Below, piece by piece: positions 1 through 9,040 of a stretch of DNA of 64,000 nt (the stretch's first letter is position 1; each line of letters starts with the position of its first letter). The notes below the pieces were generated by a model. It was not told the origin of the DNA, searched no databases, and saw only the letters and a list, made by a program, of their open reading frames with translations. A program made the translations under genes and the position numbers. This DNA comes from Candidatus Aminicenantes bacterium (GTDB lineage Bacteria; Acidobacteriota; Aminicenantia; Aminicenantales; UBA4085): NCBI GenBank assembly GCA_963715635.1, contig OY970261.1, positions 1,920,711 through 1,984,710 of the forward strand, in the 5' to 3' direction.

Positions 1-1
1 C

Positions 2-841
2 TTTGGGCTGGTTTCAGGGGAAATCATCATCACGCCTAAAACGATGGCCTCGACCAAAGACTTGGGTATCGATGTCAAGGTCAAGGGCGCGACTGTCAAA
101 AAAGATCTTTTCGGCATGGAGACCTGGGGAAAGGCGGTCGCCCGAATCAAAGGGGAAATCCAGGCGAACTTCCTGCCCATCACTTCGGATCGATCGAATT
201 TCGTTACGGACACCGAGGAATATCAGGAGTTCCTCAAAATCATGGAAAAGGTCATTGCCGCCATCAAAAGGAAGCTCGGCAAAGAGGCCGATCAACGGGA
301 AGATATCCGGGCCGGCCGAGCCGTTAAAGAGGCCCTGCAGAGAATCCACCGGGCGCTGGCGCTCAATCCGGATTTTTCTCCCTTCGGGCCTATCCCCTAC
401 GGGGAAGAAAAAGGCATCGGGGGCGGAGCCGCGGCCGCGGATAAAAGAAAGTTGTTTGAACCAGAGGTCCAGCCTGAAGCGGCTGCGGCCGCAAAGCTGG
501 AAAAGCCTAAAGTGAAAAAGCGCCGCAATCCGCTCGTCAAAAAAATCACGCCGAACGCCATCGTCCGCCGTATCAAGATGGGCGAACACAATGTTTCCGT
601 CTGCCTTGATTTTTTCGGAGAAAACAGCCCGGAATGCTTTTCAGAGGGGAATATTGTCTATATCAATCGCGATCATTCGCTTTTTAAAAGGGAATCCCGG
701 AAAGCGGCTGCTTATACGATGTATGTCGCCCGCCTTCTCACCCAGGAAATCGCATTGATGAAGGAGACGAAGAGCCCGCGGCTGGCATTTAACCGCCAAA
801 GCAAGCTCCTCAAGGATGCCTTTGCCGATACGGAAGGCTGA
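2..841 (+). CDS. C-terminal fragment of a larger protein whose 5' end lies upstream of the window. Function is uncertain; the tail resembles C-terminal regions of GHKL/Hsp90-like 'ATP-binding protein' families by eye only.
   Basis: Frame 2 is open from nt 2 (FGLVSGEIIITPKT precedes the first ATG at 44) to the stop at 839-841. Composition is coding-like, with an Ala/Lys-rich linker followed by a conserved-looking NIVYINRDHSLF block. No catalytic domain lies inside the window. Confidence 0.45.
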   Translation, partial: FGLVSGEIIITPKTMASTKDLGIDVKVKGATVKKDLFGMETWGKAVARIKGEIQANFLPITSDRSNFVTDTEEYQEFLKIMEKVIAAIKRKLGKEADQREDIRAGRAVKEALQRIHRALALNPDFSPFGPIPYGEEKGIGGGAAAADKRKLFEPEVQPEAAAAAKLEKPKVKKRRNPLVKKITPNAIVRRIKMGEHNVSVCLDFFGENSPECFSEGNIVYINRDHSLFKRESRKAAAYTMYVARLLTQEIALMKETKSPRLAFNRQSKLLKDAFADTEG

Positions 842-876
842 ATCGGAAAAAAGCGTAAATCAGTTCGTTACCGCGT

Positions 877-1971
877 TCAATCCTCGTCGCCGAAACTGGT
901 TCCGACCGCCCTTGCCGCTTTGATCAGAGGGTGATCAAGCGGCACGGTCCGGGGACCGCCGGCAGCCGTCTCCAACGGGACGGACGTAATCAATCCTTTG
1001 TCGACGGCGACCATCCGGCCGAATTCCCTGCGGACAACGAGCTCGACCGCCATGGCGCCAAGCTGGGTCGCCAGGATTCGGTCGCTGGCCGTGGGCGAAC
1101 CGCCCCGTTGGAGGTGTCCCAAGACGACGGCGCGCGCTTCGGTTCCTGTGATGCGCTCGATCTGGTCGCACAGGATGAATCCGACGCCCCCCAGCCGGAC
1201 GGGATCGGCGCTTCGCTCGACAATCTTCTTGACGACAACATCGCCGCCCTTCGGCTTAGCGCCCTCAGCAACCACGACAATGCTAAAGCGCTTCCCCTTT
1301 TTCTTTCTCTCCCGGACTTTCGCCAAAACGGCCTCAAGGGAGTAAGGGATTTCTGGGATGAGGATGATATCGCCGCCTCCGGCCACGCCCGAATAGAGGG
1401 CGATCCAGCCCGCTCTATGGCCCATGACCTCGACGATCATCACCCGATGGTGAGATTCGGCGGTCGAATGGAGCCTGTCTATTGCCTCGGTGGCGATAGA
1501 AATAGCGCTGTCAAAACCGAATGTGATTTCTGTTCCCCTCAGGTCGTTGTCGATCGTCTTCGGCACGCCGATCGTGGGGATGCCGTCTTTCATCAAGCGG
1601 TAGGCGATCCCGAGTGTCCCGTCTCCCCCGATGCAGACAAGACCGTCAACGCCGAGTTTTTTGAAGTTGGCGATCGCTTTCCGAGAAACATTCTTAAAGA
1701 CAATTGTCTTTCCTTTTTGCAGGGCATATTTGTATGGATTTGAGATCTTCGATGCGCCAAGGATCGTCCCTCCGAGCGTCAGGATACCGGAGACATCATC
1801 ATAGCCCAGCTTCCGGTGGCGGTTATGGATGAGCCCGTCATATCCGTCCTCAACGCCTATGATGTCCATCCTGAATTCCAGCATGGCCTTTTTGGCCACG
1901 GCGCGGATGACGGCATTGATTCCCGGGCAATCTCCTCCCCCGGTGAGAATGGCAATCTTTTTTTTCTTCAT
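877..1971 (-). CDS. pfkA: 6-phosphofructokinase (PfkA family)
   Basis: The N-terminus KIAILTGGGDCPGINAVIRAV, CIGGDGTLG, GVPKTIDNDL and MGHRAGW are hallmark PFK motifs. A GGAGGT RBS lies upstream of the ATG at 1971. Confidence 0.9.
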   Translation of the reverse strand: MKKKKIAILTGGGDCPGINAVIRAVAKKAMLEFRMDIIGVEDGYDGLIHNRHRKLGYDDVSGILTLGGTILGASKISNPYKYALQKGKTIVFKNVSRKAIANFKKLGVDGLVCIGGDGTLGIAYRLMKDGIPTIGVPKTIDNDLRGTEITFGFDSAISIATEAIDRLHSTAESHHRVMIVEVMGHRAGWIALYSGVAGGGDIILIPEIPYSLEAVLAKVRERKKKGKRFSIVVVAEGAKPKGGDVVVKKIVERSADPVRLGGVGFILCDQIERITGTEARAVVLGHLQRGGSPTASDRILATQLGAMAVELVVRREFGRMVAVDKGLITSVPLETAAGGPRTVPLDHPLIKAARAVGTSFGDED

Positions 1972-2138
1972 ATTAAGATGACCTCCACTCGTCTTGGACC
2001 CTCCAGGGCTCTCGCTAAAACTTTAAACGATGTCACGCCTTCGCGCAAGCCCTATTCCCATTCTGTACGCTCGCCCCGCCGCTCAAAACAAAACACATTC
2101 CATTCTCTGACCTTGAGGCGGGGAGCAGAGGGTGATTA

Positions 2139-3455
2139 TTGACCCGGGCTGCTTTCTTTGTTATGCTCTGGGCGAGCAAGGGAAAAGCGAAAGAGGCGTC
2201 CGTGAAGTGTCCCTCCTGCCATACGGATAATCCTTCGGACTCCAAGTTCTGCAAGGAGTGCGCCACCCCGCTGCCGTCTTCTAGGCCAAGCCCGCCTCCC
2301 CAGCCAATTCCACCCCAGGTTACCAAGACTCTGGAAATAGCGCGCGAGGAACTCGCGCCAGGTTCCCTTTTTGCCAGCCGCTATCAGATCATAGAAGAGC
2401 TAGGCCATGGCGGGATGGGCCGGGTCTACCGGGCCTTGGATAAAAAGCTCAACGAAGAGGTAGCCCTGAAGCTCGTCCGGCCGGAGATCGCCGCGGATCG
2501 CTCCACCCTCGAGCGTTTCCACACCGAGCTCAAGCTGGCTCGCAAGATCAGCCATCCGCACATCGGACGGATGTACGAGCTCATGGAGGAGAAGGGAGCG
2601 CACTTCATTACGATGGAGTACGTGCCGGGCCAGGACTTACGGGCCCTGATCCGTCAGACCGGTCAGCTCACAGTCGGAAAAGCAATCGCGATCGGGAAAG
2701 AGATTTGCGAGGGCCTGGCGGAGGCGCACAAGCAAGGGATTGTTCACCGGGACCTAAAGCCATCGAACATCATCATCGACCGGGCCGGGGGCGCGCGGAT
2801 CATGGATTTTGGGATTGCGCGTTCGATGGGGGTGAAGAGCCGGACAGGGGCCGGGGTGATGATCGGGACGCCGGAGTACATGAGTCCGGAGCAGGTGGAA
2901 GGGAAGGAAGTAGACGCGCGGTCGGACATCTACTCGCTGGGGATCATCCTCTACGAGATGCTGACCGGGCGGGTGCCCTTCGAGGGCGACACGCCGTTTA
3001 CGGTGGGCGTCAAACAGAAAAACGAGATACCCAAGAACCCGAAAGTGCTCAACCCGAACATCCCGGACGATTTGGGCGGGGTAATCCTAAAGTGCCTGGA
3101 GAAGGACCGCCAGAACCGATATCCGAGTGCCGAAGTCTTGGCCGTCGAGCTCGACCGTATCAAATCGGGACTGCCTGCGGCTGAGACGGTCATTCCTAAA
3201 CGCAAGTCGCTTACGTCCAGAGAAATCACTGTTAAATTCACGCTCAGGAAGTTTATCGTCCCTGCGATCGTACTCGTGGCCGCAGTCTGCCGCCGTGGGG
3301 TATTTCGTCTTGCGGCCGCGGCCGGCGACGCTTCCCACCCTCTCAACCTCCGGGAAGCCTTCGCTCGCCGTCATGTATTTCGAGAACCGCACCGGCGAGG
3401 CAAACCTGGAAAAATTCCTGGTCGATATGCTGACGACAAACCTCAGCCGCTATGA
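2139..3455 (+). CDS. Ser/Thr protein kinase, N-terminal part (zinc ribbon + Hanks-type kinase + start of a TM helix). The frame breaks near 3285-3295, and the tail after about 3295 is out-of-frame read-through.
   Basis: Contains CPSCHTDNPSDSKFCKECATPL (zinc ribbon), GHGGMGRVYRA...VALK (ATP site), HRDLKPSNIII (catalytic loop), DFGIAR and GTPEYMSPE. The likely true start is GTG 2202 (MKCPSCH, preceded by GAAAGAGG) or ATG 2163. Confidence 0.85.
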   Translation: MTRAAFFVMLWASKGKAKEASVKCPSCHTDNPSDSKFCKECATPLPSSRPSPPPQPIPPQVTKTLEIAREELAPGSLFASRYQIIEELGHGGMGRVYRALDKKLNEEVALKLVRPEIAADRSTLERFHTELKLARKISHPHIGRMYELMEEKGAHFITMEYVPGQDLRALIRQTGQLTVGKAIAIGKEICEGLAEAHKQGIVHRDLKPSNIIIDRAGGARIMDFGIARSMGVKSRTGAGVMIGTPEYMSPEQVEGKEVDARSDIYSLGIILYEMLTGRVPFEGDTPFTVGVKQKNEIPKNPKVLNPNIPDDLGGVILKCLEKDRQNRYPSAEVLAVELDRIKSGLPAAETVIPKRKSLTSREITVKFTLRKFIVPAIVLVAAVCRRGVFRLAAAAGDASHPLNLREAFARRHVFREPHRRGKPGKIPGRYADDKPQPL

Positions 3456-5337
3456 GCAAATCGAGGTCGTCAGCAGCCAGCGGCTCTTCGATATTTTGAG
3501 GCTCATGGGAAAGCAGGACCTTCCGGCGATCGATAAGACGGTCGCGACGGAAATCGCCGGCCGGGCCGGAGTGAAGACGATGCTTCTGGGGAGCATATCC
3601 AAGCTGGGCGAGAAGATCCTCGTCTCATCCCAGCTCACGGATGTTCAAACCGGAAACATCATCACCTCCGAGCAGGCCGAAGGCCGGAAGATCGACGACC
3701 TCCCGAACATGGTCGATGACCTGACGGCGAAGATCGGGGCGAAGATGGCCGGGCCCGCGGCCGGGGGAATACCCGGGTTCAAGATCGCTGATGTCTCGAC
3801 TTCGTCGCCGGGAGCCTACCGCCATTACCTGGACGGGGTGGAAAACTTCCAGCGCTGGAGGTTTGACGCAGCGGCTAAATCGTTCGAGAAAGCGGTCGAA
3901 GTGGACTCGACTTTTGCTTTAGCCCATTTGTGGCTGGCTTTGGCAAAAGCAGAGTTCGGGCTGGCCTTGACCGATCCTTCGACTGATTTTGCTTCCATCG
4001 AGAATTCGTTAATGCTTGCGAAGAAATACTCAAACAAGGCAACCGAAAAGGACAGGCTTCTGATCGCGGCCATGTCGGCCGAAGGAATAAAATCCCAACG
4101 GACTTATTTGCGGGAATTGACGGAAAAGTATCCCAGAGAGAAAACGGGCTTTTTCTGGCTCAGCTTCATTTGCTGGCTGAGCGGTGATATGCCCGGAGCC
4201 AAGGTCGCTTCGGAAAAGGGATTGGAGCTCGATCCGGCTGATGGGATATTATATAACCAGCTCGCTTATTCGAACATGTTCCTTGGCGACCGTGCGGGAA
4301 CGACTTCGGCGATCAGGAAATATATCGCTGTCCAACCCGAGACGTTCAACGCCTATCTATCTGGCTGGGAAGCCGACTTGACTCTGGGGATGGTGGGCGA
4401 GGCCGAACGCTTCCTGGACGAGGCGAGCAAGGCAAATCCGAAATGGGAAGCAAGGGTCAATTATTATCGCGGCTGGACGGCCTTGTTCGAGCGCGAATCG
4501 GACAAGGCCAGAGAACTCTTCCAGGCTTATGCGTCTTTCTATCCAAAATCAGCGTGGGCGAATCTTTATCCCCGATATCCCGATCTTCTGGAAAACAGAT
4601 TCGCTTCTGCGGTGGCCCCGTTCAAAGCCGCGGTTCAAGCGTTTCAGAATGCGGACGACGCCGCCAGCGAAATTTATGGGCATCTCTATTTGGGAGAGAT
4701 CCTTGCCGCTACGCAGCGCCACGATGAAGCCATCGCCGAGTTTATGGCCGCCGCGAAGATATCGAGAAAGCGCGTCAAGCCGGAATTCGACATTTTCGCG
4801 GCTCAGGCGGAATACCTGGCCGGCGTTTCTGAGATCAGAAAAGGCGATCTTCGGGCCGCCGAAGCCCGAGCCGGGTCGCTACCTTCATCGGGCAAGACCG
4901 TGATCGTTCCCATACCGTTGGGAGATTACCGGCTTCTCCTGACGGCCGAGATGTGCATGGCAAAAAAAGATTTTCCCGCCGCCCGCGAGATCCTGGAAAA
5001 AACGACCTGGTGGGCAAAGATTTTTTCCCCTCGCTATCAAAAAATCTCAGCCGACCTAACTTTTCAGGCAGGGGACTCCAAGAAGGCCATCGAGGAGTAT
5101 GGATACTTTTATACCCATAGGATGGCGACCGGGACAAGTTATTTCCTGGCGGACGCACTTTTCTACCTCGAGGTCGCTTCCCGTCTCGATTATTATCTCG
5201 GCCAAATTTACGAGAAGATGGGGGAAAAGCCCCAAGCGGCGGAACACTATCGGAAATTCCTCGATTTGATGAAGAACGCCGACTCGGGCATCAAGGAAAT
5301 CGACGAAGCTCGCGGGCGCCTCTCCAAAATAGAGTAG
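3127..5337 (+). CDS. C-terminal part of the same kinase gene in the +1 frame: rest of the TM helix, a periplasmic TolB-N/LpoB-like module and TPR repeats. The meaningful part starts at about 3290.
   Basis: AAVGYFVL continues the hydrophobic helix begun in the other frame. SLAVMYFENRTGEANLEKFLVDMLTTNLS is the typical module found C-terminal to such kinases. TPR-like helical repeats run to the stop at 5337. Confidence 0.75.
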   Translation: MPKSWPSSSTVSNRDCLRLRRSFLNASRLRPEKSLLNSRSGSLSSLRSYSWPQSAAVGYFVLRPRPATLPTLSTSGKPSLAVMYFENRTGEANLEKFLVDMLTTNLSRYEQIEVVSSQRLFDILRLMGKQDLPAIDKTVATEIAGRAGVKTMLLGSISKLGEKILVSSQLTDVQTGNIITSEQAEGRKIDDLPNMVDDLTAKIGAKMAGPAAGGIPGFKIADVSTSSPGAYRHYLDGVENFQRWRFDAAAKSFEKAVEVDSTFALAHLWLALAKAEFGLALTDPSTDFASIENSLMLAKKYSNKATEKDRLLIAAMSAEGIKSQRTYLRELTEKYPREKTGFFWLSFICWLSGDMPGAKVASEKGLELDPADGILYNQLAYSNMFLGDRAGTTSAIRKYIAVQPETFNAYLSGWEADLTLGMVGEAERFLDEASKANPKWEARVNYYRGWTALFERESDKARELFQAYASFYPKSAWANLYPRYPDLLENRFASAVAPFKAAVQAFQNADDAASEIYGHLYLGEILAATQRHDEAIAEFMAAAKISRKRVKPEFDIFAAQAEYLAGVSEIRKGDLRAAEARAGSLPSSGKTVIVPIPLGDYRLLLTAEMCMAKKDFPAAREILEKTTWWAKIFSPRYQKISADLTFQAGDSKKAIEEYGYFYTHRMATGTSYFLADALFYLEVASRLDYYLGQIYEKMGEKPQAAEHYRKFLDLMKNADSGIKEIDEARGRLSKIE

Positions 5338-5442
5338 CTGTTAACTGTTTTCCCTGAAAATTTTAGGTCCTGGGCAATAGGTCGAGGCGAAGCCTCGTCC
5401 TAGGGGCTTCCTATTTGAATGAGTGGGCCTAGGAGCTTTCGC

Positions 5443-6798
5443 CTAGCCTTTTCGGCCGCCGACGGTGATCTCCTTGACCCGGAAAGACGGGCTGTTGAGG
5501 CTCGACCGCATATCCAGATCGTTGGCCACCTTGTCGATCCCCTTCAAAATCTCGAGCGTCGTCCCGCCGAGCGTCACGCCGTCGACCGGGAAGGCGGCAG
5601 CGCCGTTCTCGATCCAGAATCCGTTGCATCCGACGGAGAAAGCCCCGGTCGTCGCATCCGTCCCTGAACCCCTCAACCCCTTCACGTACAAGCCCTCCTT
5701 CACGTCTTTAAGGAGCGAATCGAAGCTGTCCTTCCCGTTCTGGACGATGACATTTAGGAAACTCGCCGAGGGAAGAGACCTATAGCTTCCCCGATTGGCC
5801 ATTGTGTTCACCTTGACGCCGGCCTTGCGGGCGATCTGCGAGTCGTAAAGAAACATCTTCAGCACGCCCTTGTCGATGAGAATGTTCCGGCGCGTGACGT
5901 TGCCTTCGCCGTCTACGGGAGATGAAGCGACGAAACGAGGGATCGTCGGGTCATCGACAACCGTAATCATCGGCGAAGCGATTTCCTGGTTGAGCGAATT
6001 CGTCATGAAGGTGGCCTTGCGGAACACGGCGTCGCCGTTCAGGGAGCCGAGGACCCCCGCCCAGAAGGACGGGGCTGCGTAGCGGTCGAAAATGACGGGG
6101 ACTTTTTTGGTCGGCACGGGCTTCGGCCCGAGCTGTTCGACCGTAAGCTTGACCGCCTTTTGGGCGACGGACTCGATGGAATCGAGCTCCTTATAAAATC
6201 TCTTGGAGCTACTCCAGCCGCCGCTCTGCATATTATTGCCTTCGCCGGCGATGAGACCGACATTGAAGCCGCACTGGGTCGCTTTTAAAACGAACGAAAT
6301 CCCCTTCGAGTTGAAGAGGCCCGCTTCGCGTTCGCCGTTGGAAAAACCGGCCCCGTAGGAATTGGTGATCCTTTTATCGAGCGAAAGGGCGATTTTTTCG
6401 ATCTCGCGCGCCGTGGCGATCTTTTTTTCGTCGGGTACTTTGGCCAGATCCGAGTCGTAAAGGTCCAGGTTAGAGAGCGGCTGAGGGCCGAAATCGGGAA
6501 GCCCTTGCCATGGCTTGGACTCCGTCAGCCGAGCCAGCTCGATCGTCTTCTTGATCGTCTCGTCCACGGAAGTCGGCGAAAGGTCCGATGTATAGCCAAA
6601 TCCGAACTGCTTGTTGATGAAGACCCTTAAGCCCAGTCCCTGGGACACGGATTTCTGGAGCGACTCGATTTCCCCCTTCCTGACATCGACGTTGAAGCTT
6701 TTCACGTTTTCCAGGACTGCTTCGGCTTCGTCGGCACCCCATTTCCTGGCCTTAGAGACGACTTCCTCGCCCAAAGTCTTAAAATCGATCGTTGCCAT
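5443..6798 (-). CDS. pmbA: PmbA/TldE-family metalloprotease subunit
   Basis: Shows full-length TldD/PmbA-family similarity by eye (DVRKGEIESL, GYTSDLS, C-terminal GLYVKGLRGSG...TGAFSVGCNGFWIENG). It lies 24 nt downstream of tldD and has a GAGGAGAA RBS. No signal peptide. Confidence 0.85.
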   Translation of the reverse strand: MATIDFKTLGEEVVSKARKWGADEAEAVLENVKSFNVDVRKGEIESLQKSVSQGLGLRVFINKQFGFGYTSDLSPTSVDETIKKTIELARLTESKPWQGLPDFGPQPLSNLDLYDSDLAKVPDEKKIATAREIEKIALSLDKRITNSYGAGFSNGEREAGLFNSKGISFVLKATQCGFNVGLIAGEGNNMQSGGWSSSKRFYKELDSIESVAQKAVKLTVEQLGPKPVPTKKVPVIFDRYAAPSFWAGVLGSLNGDAVFRKATFMTNSLNQEIASPMITVVDDPTIPRFVASSPVDGEGNVTRRNILIDKGVLKMFLYDSQIARKAGVKVNTMANRGSYRSLPSASFLNVIVQNGKDSFDSLLKDVKEGLYVKGLRGSGTDATTGAFSVGCNGFWIENGAAAFPVDGVTLGGTTLEILKGIDKVANDLDMRSSLNSPSFRVKEITVGGRKG

Positions 6799-6822
6799 TG
6801 TGGTTCTCCTCGTTTTGTTCTC

Positions 6823-8364
6823 TCAGGCTTTGCCGCCGCCGACGGTGATTTTATCCACCTTGATGGTGGGATTTCCAAAGCCGACGGGCTTGGACTGGCC
6901 GTTCTTGCCGCAGCTTCCGCCGCCGATGATGAGCAGGTCATTCCCGACCATGGAGATATTCATGAGGACGTCCTGGCCGCTGCCCATCAACATAATGCCC
7001 TTGAGCGGGCGGGTCACTTTTCCGCTTTCAATCATGTAGCCTTCGGTGACACTGAAGACAAAGCGGCCCGTCGTCTCATCCACATTGCCTCCGCCGATCT
7101 TGGCGATGTAGAGGCCTTTGGCTACGGACTTGATGATGTCTTCGGGGGCGGAATCGCCGGCCAGAAGGTAGGTGTTTGTCATGCGCGGAATCGGGTAAAA
7201 TCGGAACGACTGACGGCGGCCGTTTCCCGTCTGGGCCATCTTTGTCAGACGGGCATTAAGCTTATCCTGGAGAAATGCCGAGCAGATGCCTTTATCGATC
7301 AGGGCGGTTTTATGGCCGGGGCAGCCTTCGTCATCCACGCTCACCGCGCCCCAGCCGCCTTTGTAAGTGCCGTCGTCGAGAAGAGTGACTTCCTTCGAGG
7401 CAATCGGCTTGCCCAGCTTATCCCAGAAGCAAGAAGTCTTTTTTCGGATACCGTCTGCTTCTAGGCTGTGGCCGATGGCTTCGTGGAAAAAGATGCCGCC
7501 GAAGCCCTTGGCGATCACGATCGGGAATTCACCGGCCGGAGCGTCCTCGGCCGGAAGAACCCGGACCGCCATCTCGGCGGCTTTGCGGGCCATCTCTTCG
7601 GCCAGTTTCAGGTCAAAATGCTCAAATCCGTAGCTTCCGGCCTTGGACTCATATCCCATGCCGCGCTTGTCCCCCTCGAGAGCGAGGGCGTTTGTGCTAA
7701 GACCGGTGAGCGTTTGCGTATCTTCAACATAAAGCCCCTCGGAGTTAGCCACGATGATTTTTTTCGTCATGTCCGAGAAACCGGCCCTGAACTGGGTGAT
7801 GCGCTTGTCCAAGGCCCGGGCGACACCGTTGGCCCTGATCAGCAGCTCTGCTTTTTGCTTCGCGGCGACCGTGTCCGGAGAGACCTTGACCAGGTAGTAG
7901 GACGGCGGAGAAAAAGCCTGAAAGGTCTTGGCCGAAGCAGCCGCCCCGGCGGCAATGAGAGCCGCCGTGATTGCGGCTTCCTTCAGCTTGCCGGGATCGA
8001 GGTCGTCGGAGAAGGCATAGCCCGTCTTCTCGCCCTGGACGACGCGAAAACCGACGCCCCTGTCCACGCCCCGCGTAGCCGAAGAAATCTTATCTTCATC
8101 GAGGCCGATCGAGTTCTGGACCGCGTGCTCAAAATAGATCTCGGCAAGGTCGCCGCCGCGGCTCAAGGCCACATCGAGCAGTTTCTGTAATTCATTTTTG
8201 CTTAAAAAAGCCGCCGGAGCATTTTCGCCCTCCAACATGGCCTCGGCGTCCTTGAGAGATAAATTCTTCCAAAGAGGCATCGAGACAAGGAACGCTCCGG
8301 ATTGGATTCCCCTTTTTAGAAATACCCGTCGGTCCATAGAGTTAGAGTGCAAGGGTTCTTTCAT
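6823..8364 (-). CDS. tldD: TldD-family zinc metalloprotease with an N-terminal twin-arginine (Tat) signal
   Basis: FHEAIGHSLEADG is an HExxxH-type TldD motif. The N-terminus reads MKEPLHSNSMDRRVFLKRGIQSGAFLVSMPLW (RRxFLK). A GGAGGAGG RBS lies 5 nt upstream of the ATG at 8364. Confidence 0.85.
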   Translation of the reverse strand: MKEPLHSNSMDRRVFLKRGIQSGAFLVSMPLWKNLSLKDAEAMLEGENAPAAFLSKNELQKLLDVALSRGGDLAEIYFEHAVQNSIGLDEDKISSATRGVDRGVGFRVVQGEKTGYAFSDDLDPGKLKEAAITAALIAAGAAASAKTFQAFSPPSYYLVKVSPDTVAAKQKAELLIRANGVARALDKRITQFRAGFSDMTKKIIVANSEGLYVEDTQTLTGLSTNALALEGDKRGMGYESKAGSYGFEHFDLKLAEEMARKAAEMAVRVLPAEDAPAGEFPIVIAKGFGGIFFHEAIGHSLEADGIRKKTSCFWDKLGKPIASKEVTLLDDGTYKGGWGAVSVDDEGCPGHKTALIDKGICSAFLQDKLNARLTKMAQTGNGRRQSFRFYPIPRMTNTYLLAGDSAPEDIIKSVAKGLYIAKIGGGNVDETTGRFVFSVTEGYMIESGKVTRPLKGIMLMGSGQDVLMNISMVGNDLLIIGGGSCGKNGQSKPVGFGNPTIKVDKITVGGGKA

Positions 8365-8447
8365 TGATCCTCCTCCATGAGATAGAAGACATCGGTCTTA
8401 TTAATAAAATACGTGCGCCACGCGAAAAGGTTGCAGTTCGACTCTGC

Positions 8448-8837
8448 TTACACGGATTTCTTTTGAGGCGGAGTCAGGCTGAATTTGCCGCCGTCGAATG
8501 CCGTCAGCATCAGCAACCCGCCCATGATGGCCAGGTTCTTGAGAAACTCGATCTTTTGGGCCTGGTCGGAAATATGCCCATGGAAGATCAGCGTCGTCGG
8601 GATCAAATAGAGGGCGACGAGCAGAGCGGCCCATTTCGTCTTGAAGCCGAAGAATATGGCTAAGCCTCCCCCGATTTCGACAATAATCGCGCCGATTAAC
8701 AATAAAGCCGTCGCGGGCATTTTGTGCATTGCCATATATTGCTGATTCGTTGAGAAATGAAGAATTTTCTGAAGCCCGCTCCACAGGAAGATCAGCGAAA
8801 TGAAGATTCTCGCCAATAGTTGAAGCGAAGATTTCAT
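8448..8837 (-). CDS. DoxX-family membrane protein
   Basis: 129 aa with four hydrophobic helices. IFISLIFLWSGLQKIL and the LIPTTLIFHGH pattern are typical of DoxX. Has a GGAGG RBS. Confidence 0.8.
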   Translation of the reverse strand: MKSSLQLLARIFISLIFLWSGLQKILHFSTNQQYMAMHKMPATALLLIGAIIVEIGGGLAIFFGFKTKWAALLVALYLIPTTLIFHGHISDQAQKIEFLKNLAIMGGLLMLTAFDGGKFSLTPPQKKSV

Positions 8838-9040
8838 TTTGGAACCTCCTTACGCAGAACCCAATCGATTCTTTCAAGCTCTTTGTTAGCAGAGCCGATG
8901 TCCATTATTTTTATCTTTTTTTTAAAAAAAAGCAATTTTCTCACGCCTTCCCGAGAGCGCATTTTTTTCTCATCCATCCTTTTCTTTTTCCCGCCATCCT
9001 GATAAACTCATCTCCAAAGAAATCCACCAAGGAGGTCGGT

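Noticed and set aside
3-589. Overlapping ORFs 3..515 (+) and 14..589 (-) at the window start.
   Set aside because: They are Ser/Arg/Lys-rich or Arg/Asp-rich nonsense overlapping frame 2, which has protein-like composition and stays open to the window edge.
5383-5397. A short hairpin, CGAGGC-GAA-GCCTCG, between the convergent kinase and pmbA genes, considered as a bidirectional terminator.
   Set aside because: The stem is only 6 bp, the loop is 3 nt and there is no U-tract on either side. That is too weak to call.
8916-8931. A perfect T8A8 palindrome in the doxX/aminopeptidase divergent intergenic region.
   Set aside because: It is most simply an AT-tract, UP-element-like or bent-DNA feature of a divergent promoter region. 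It has no flanking stem, no repeats elsewhere and no coding potential.
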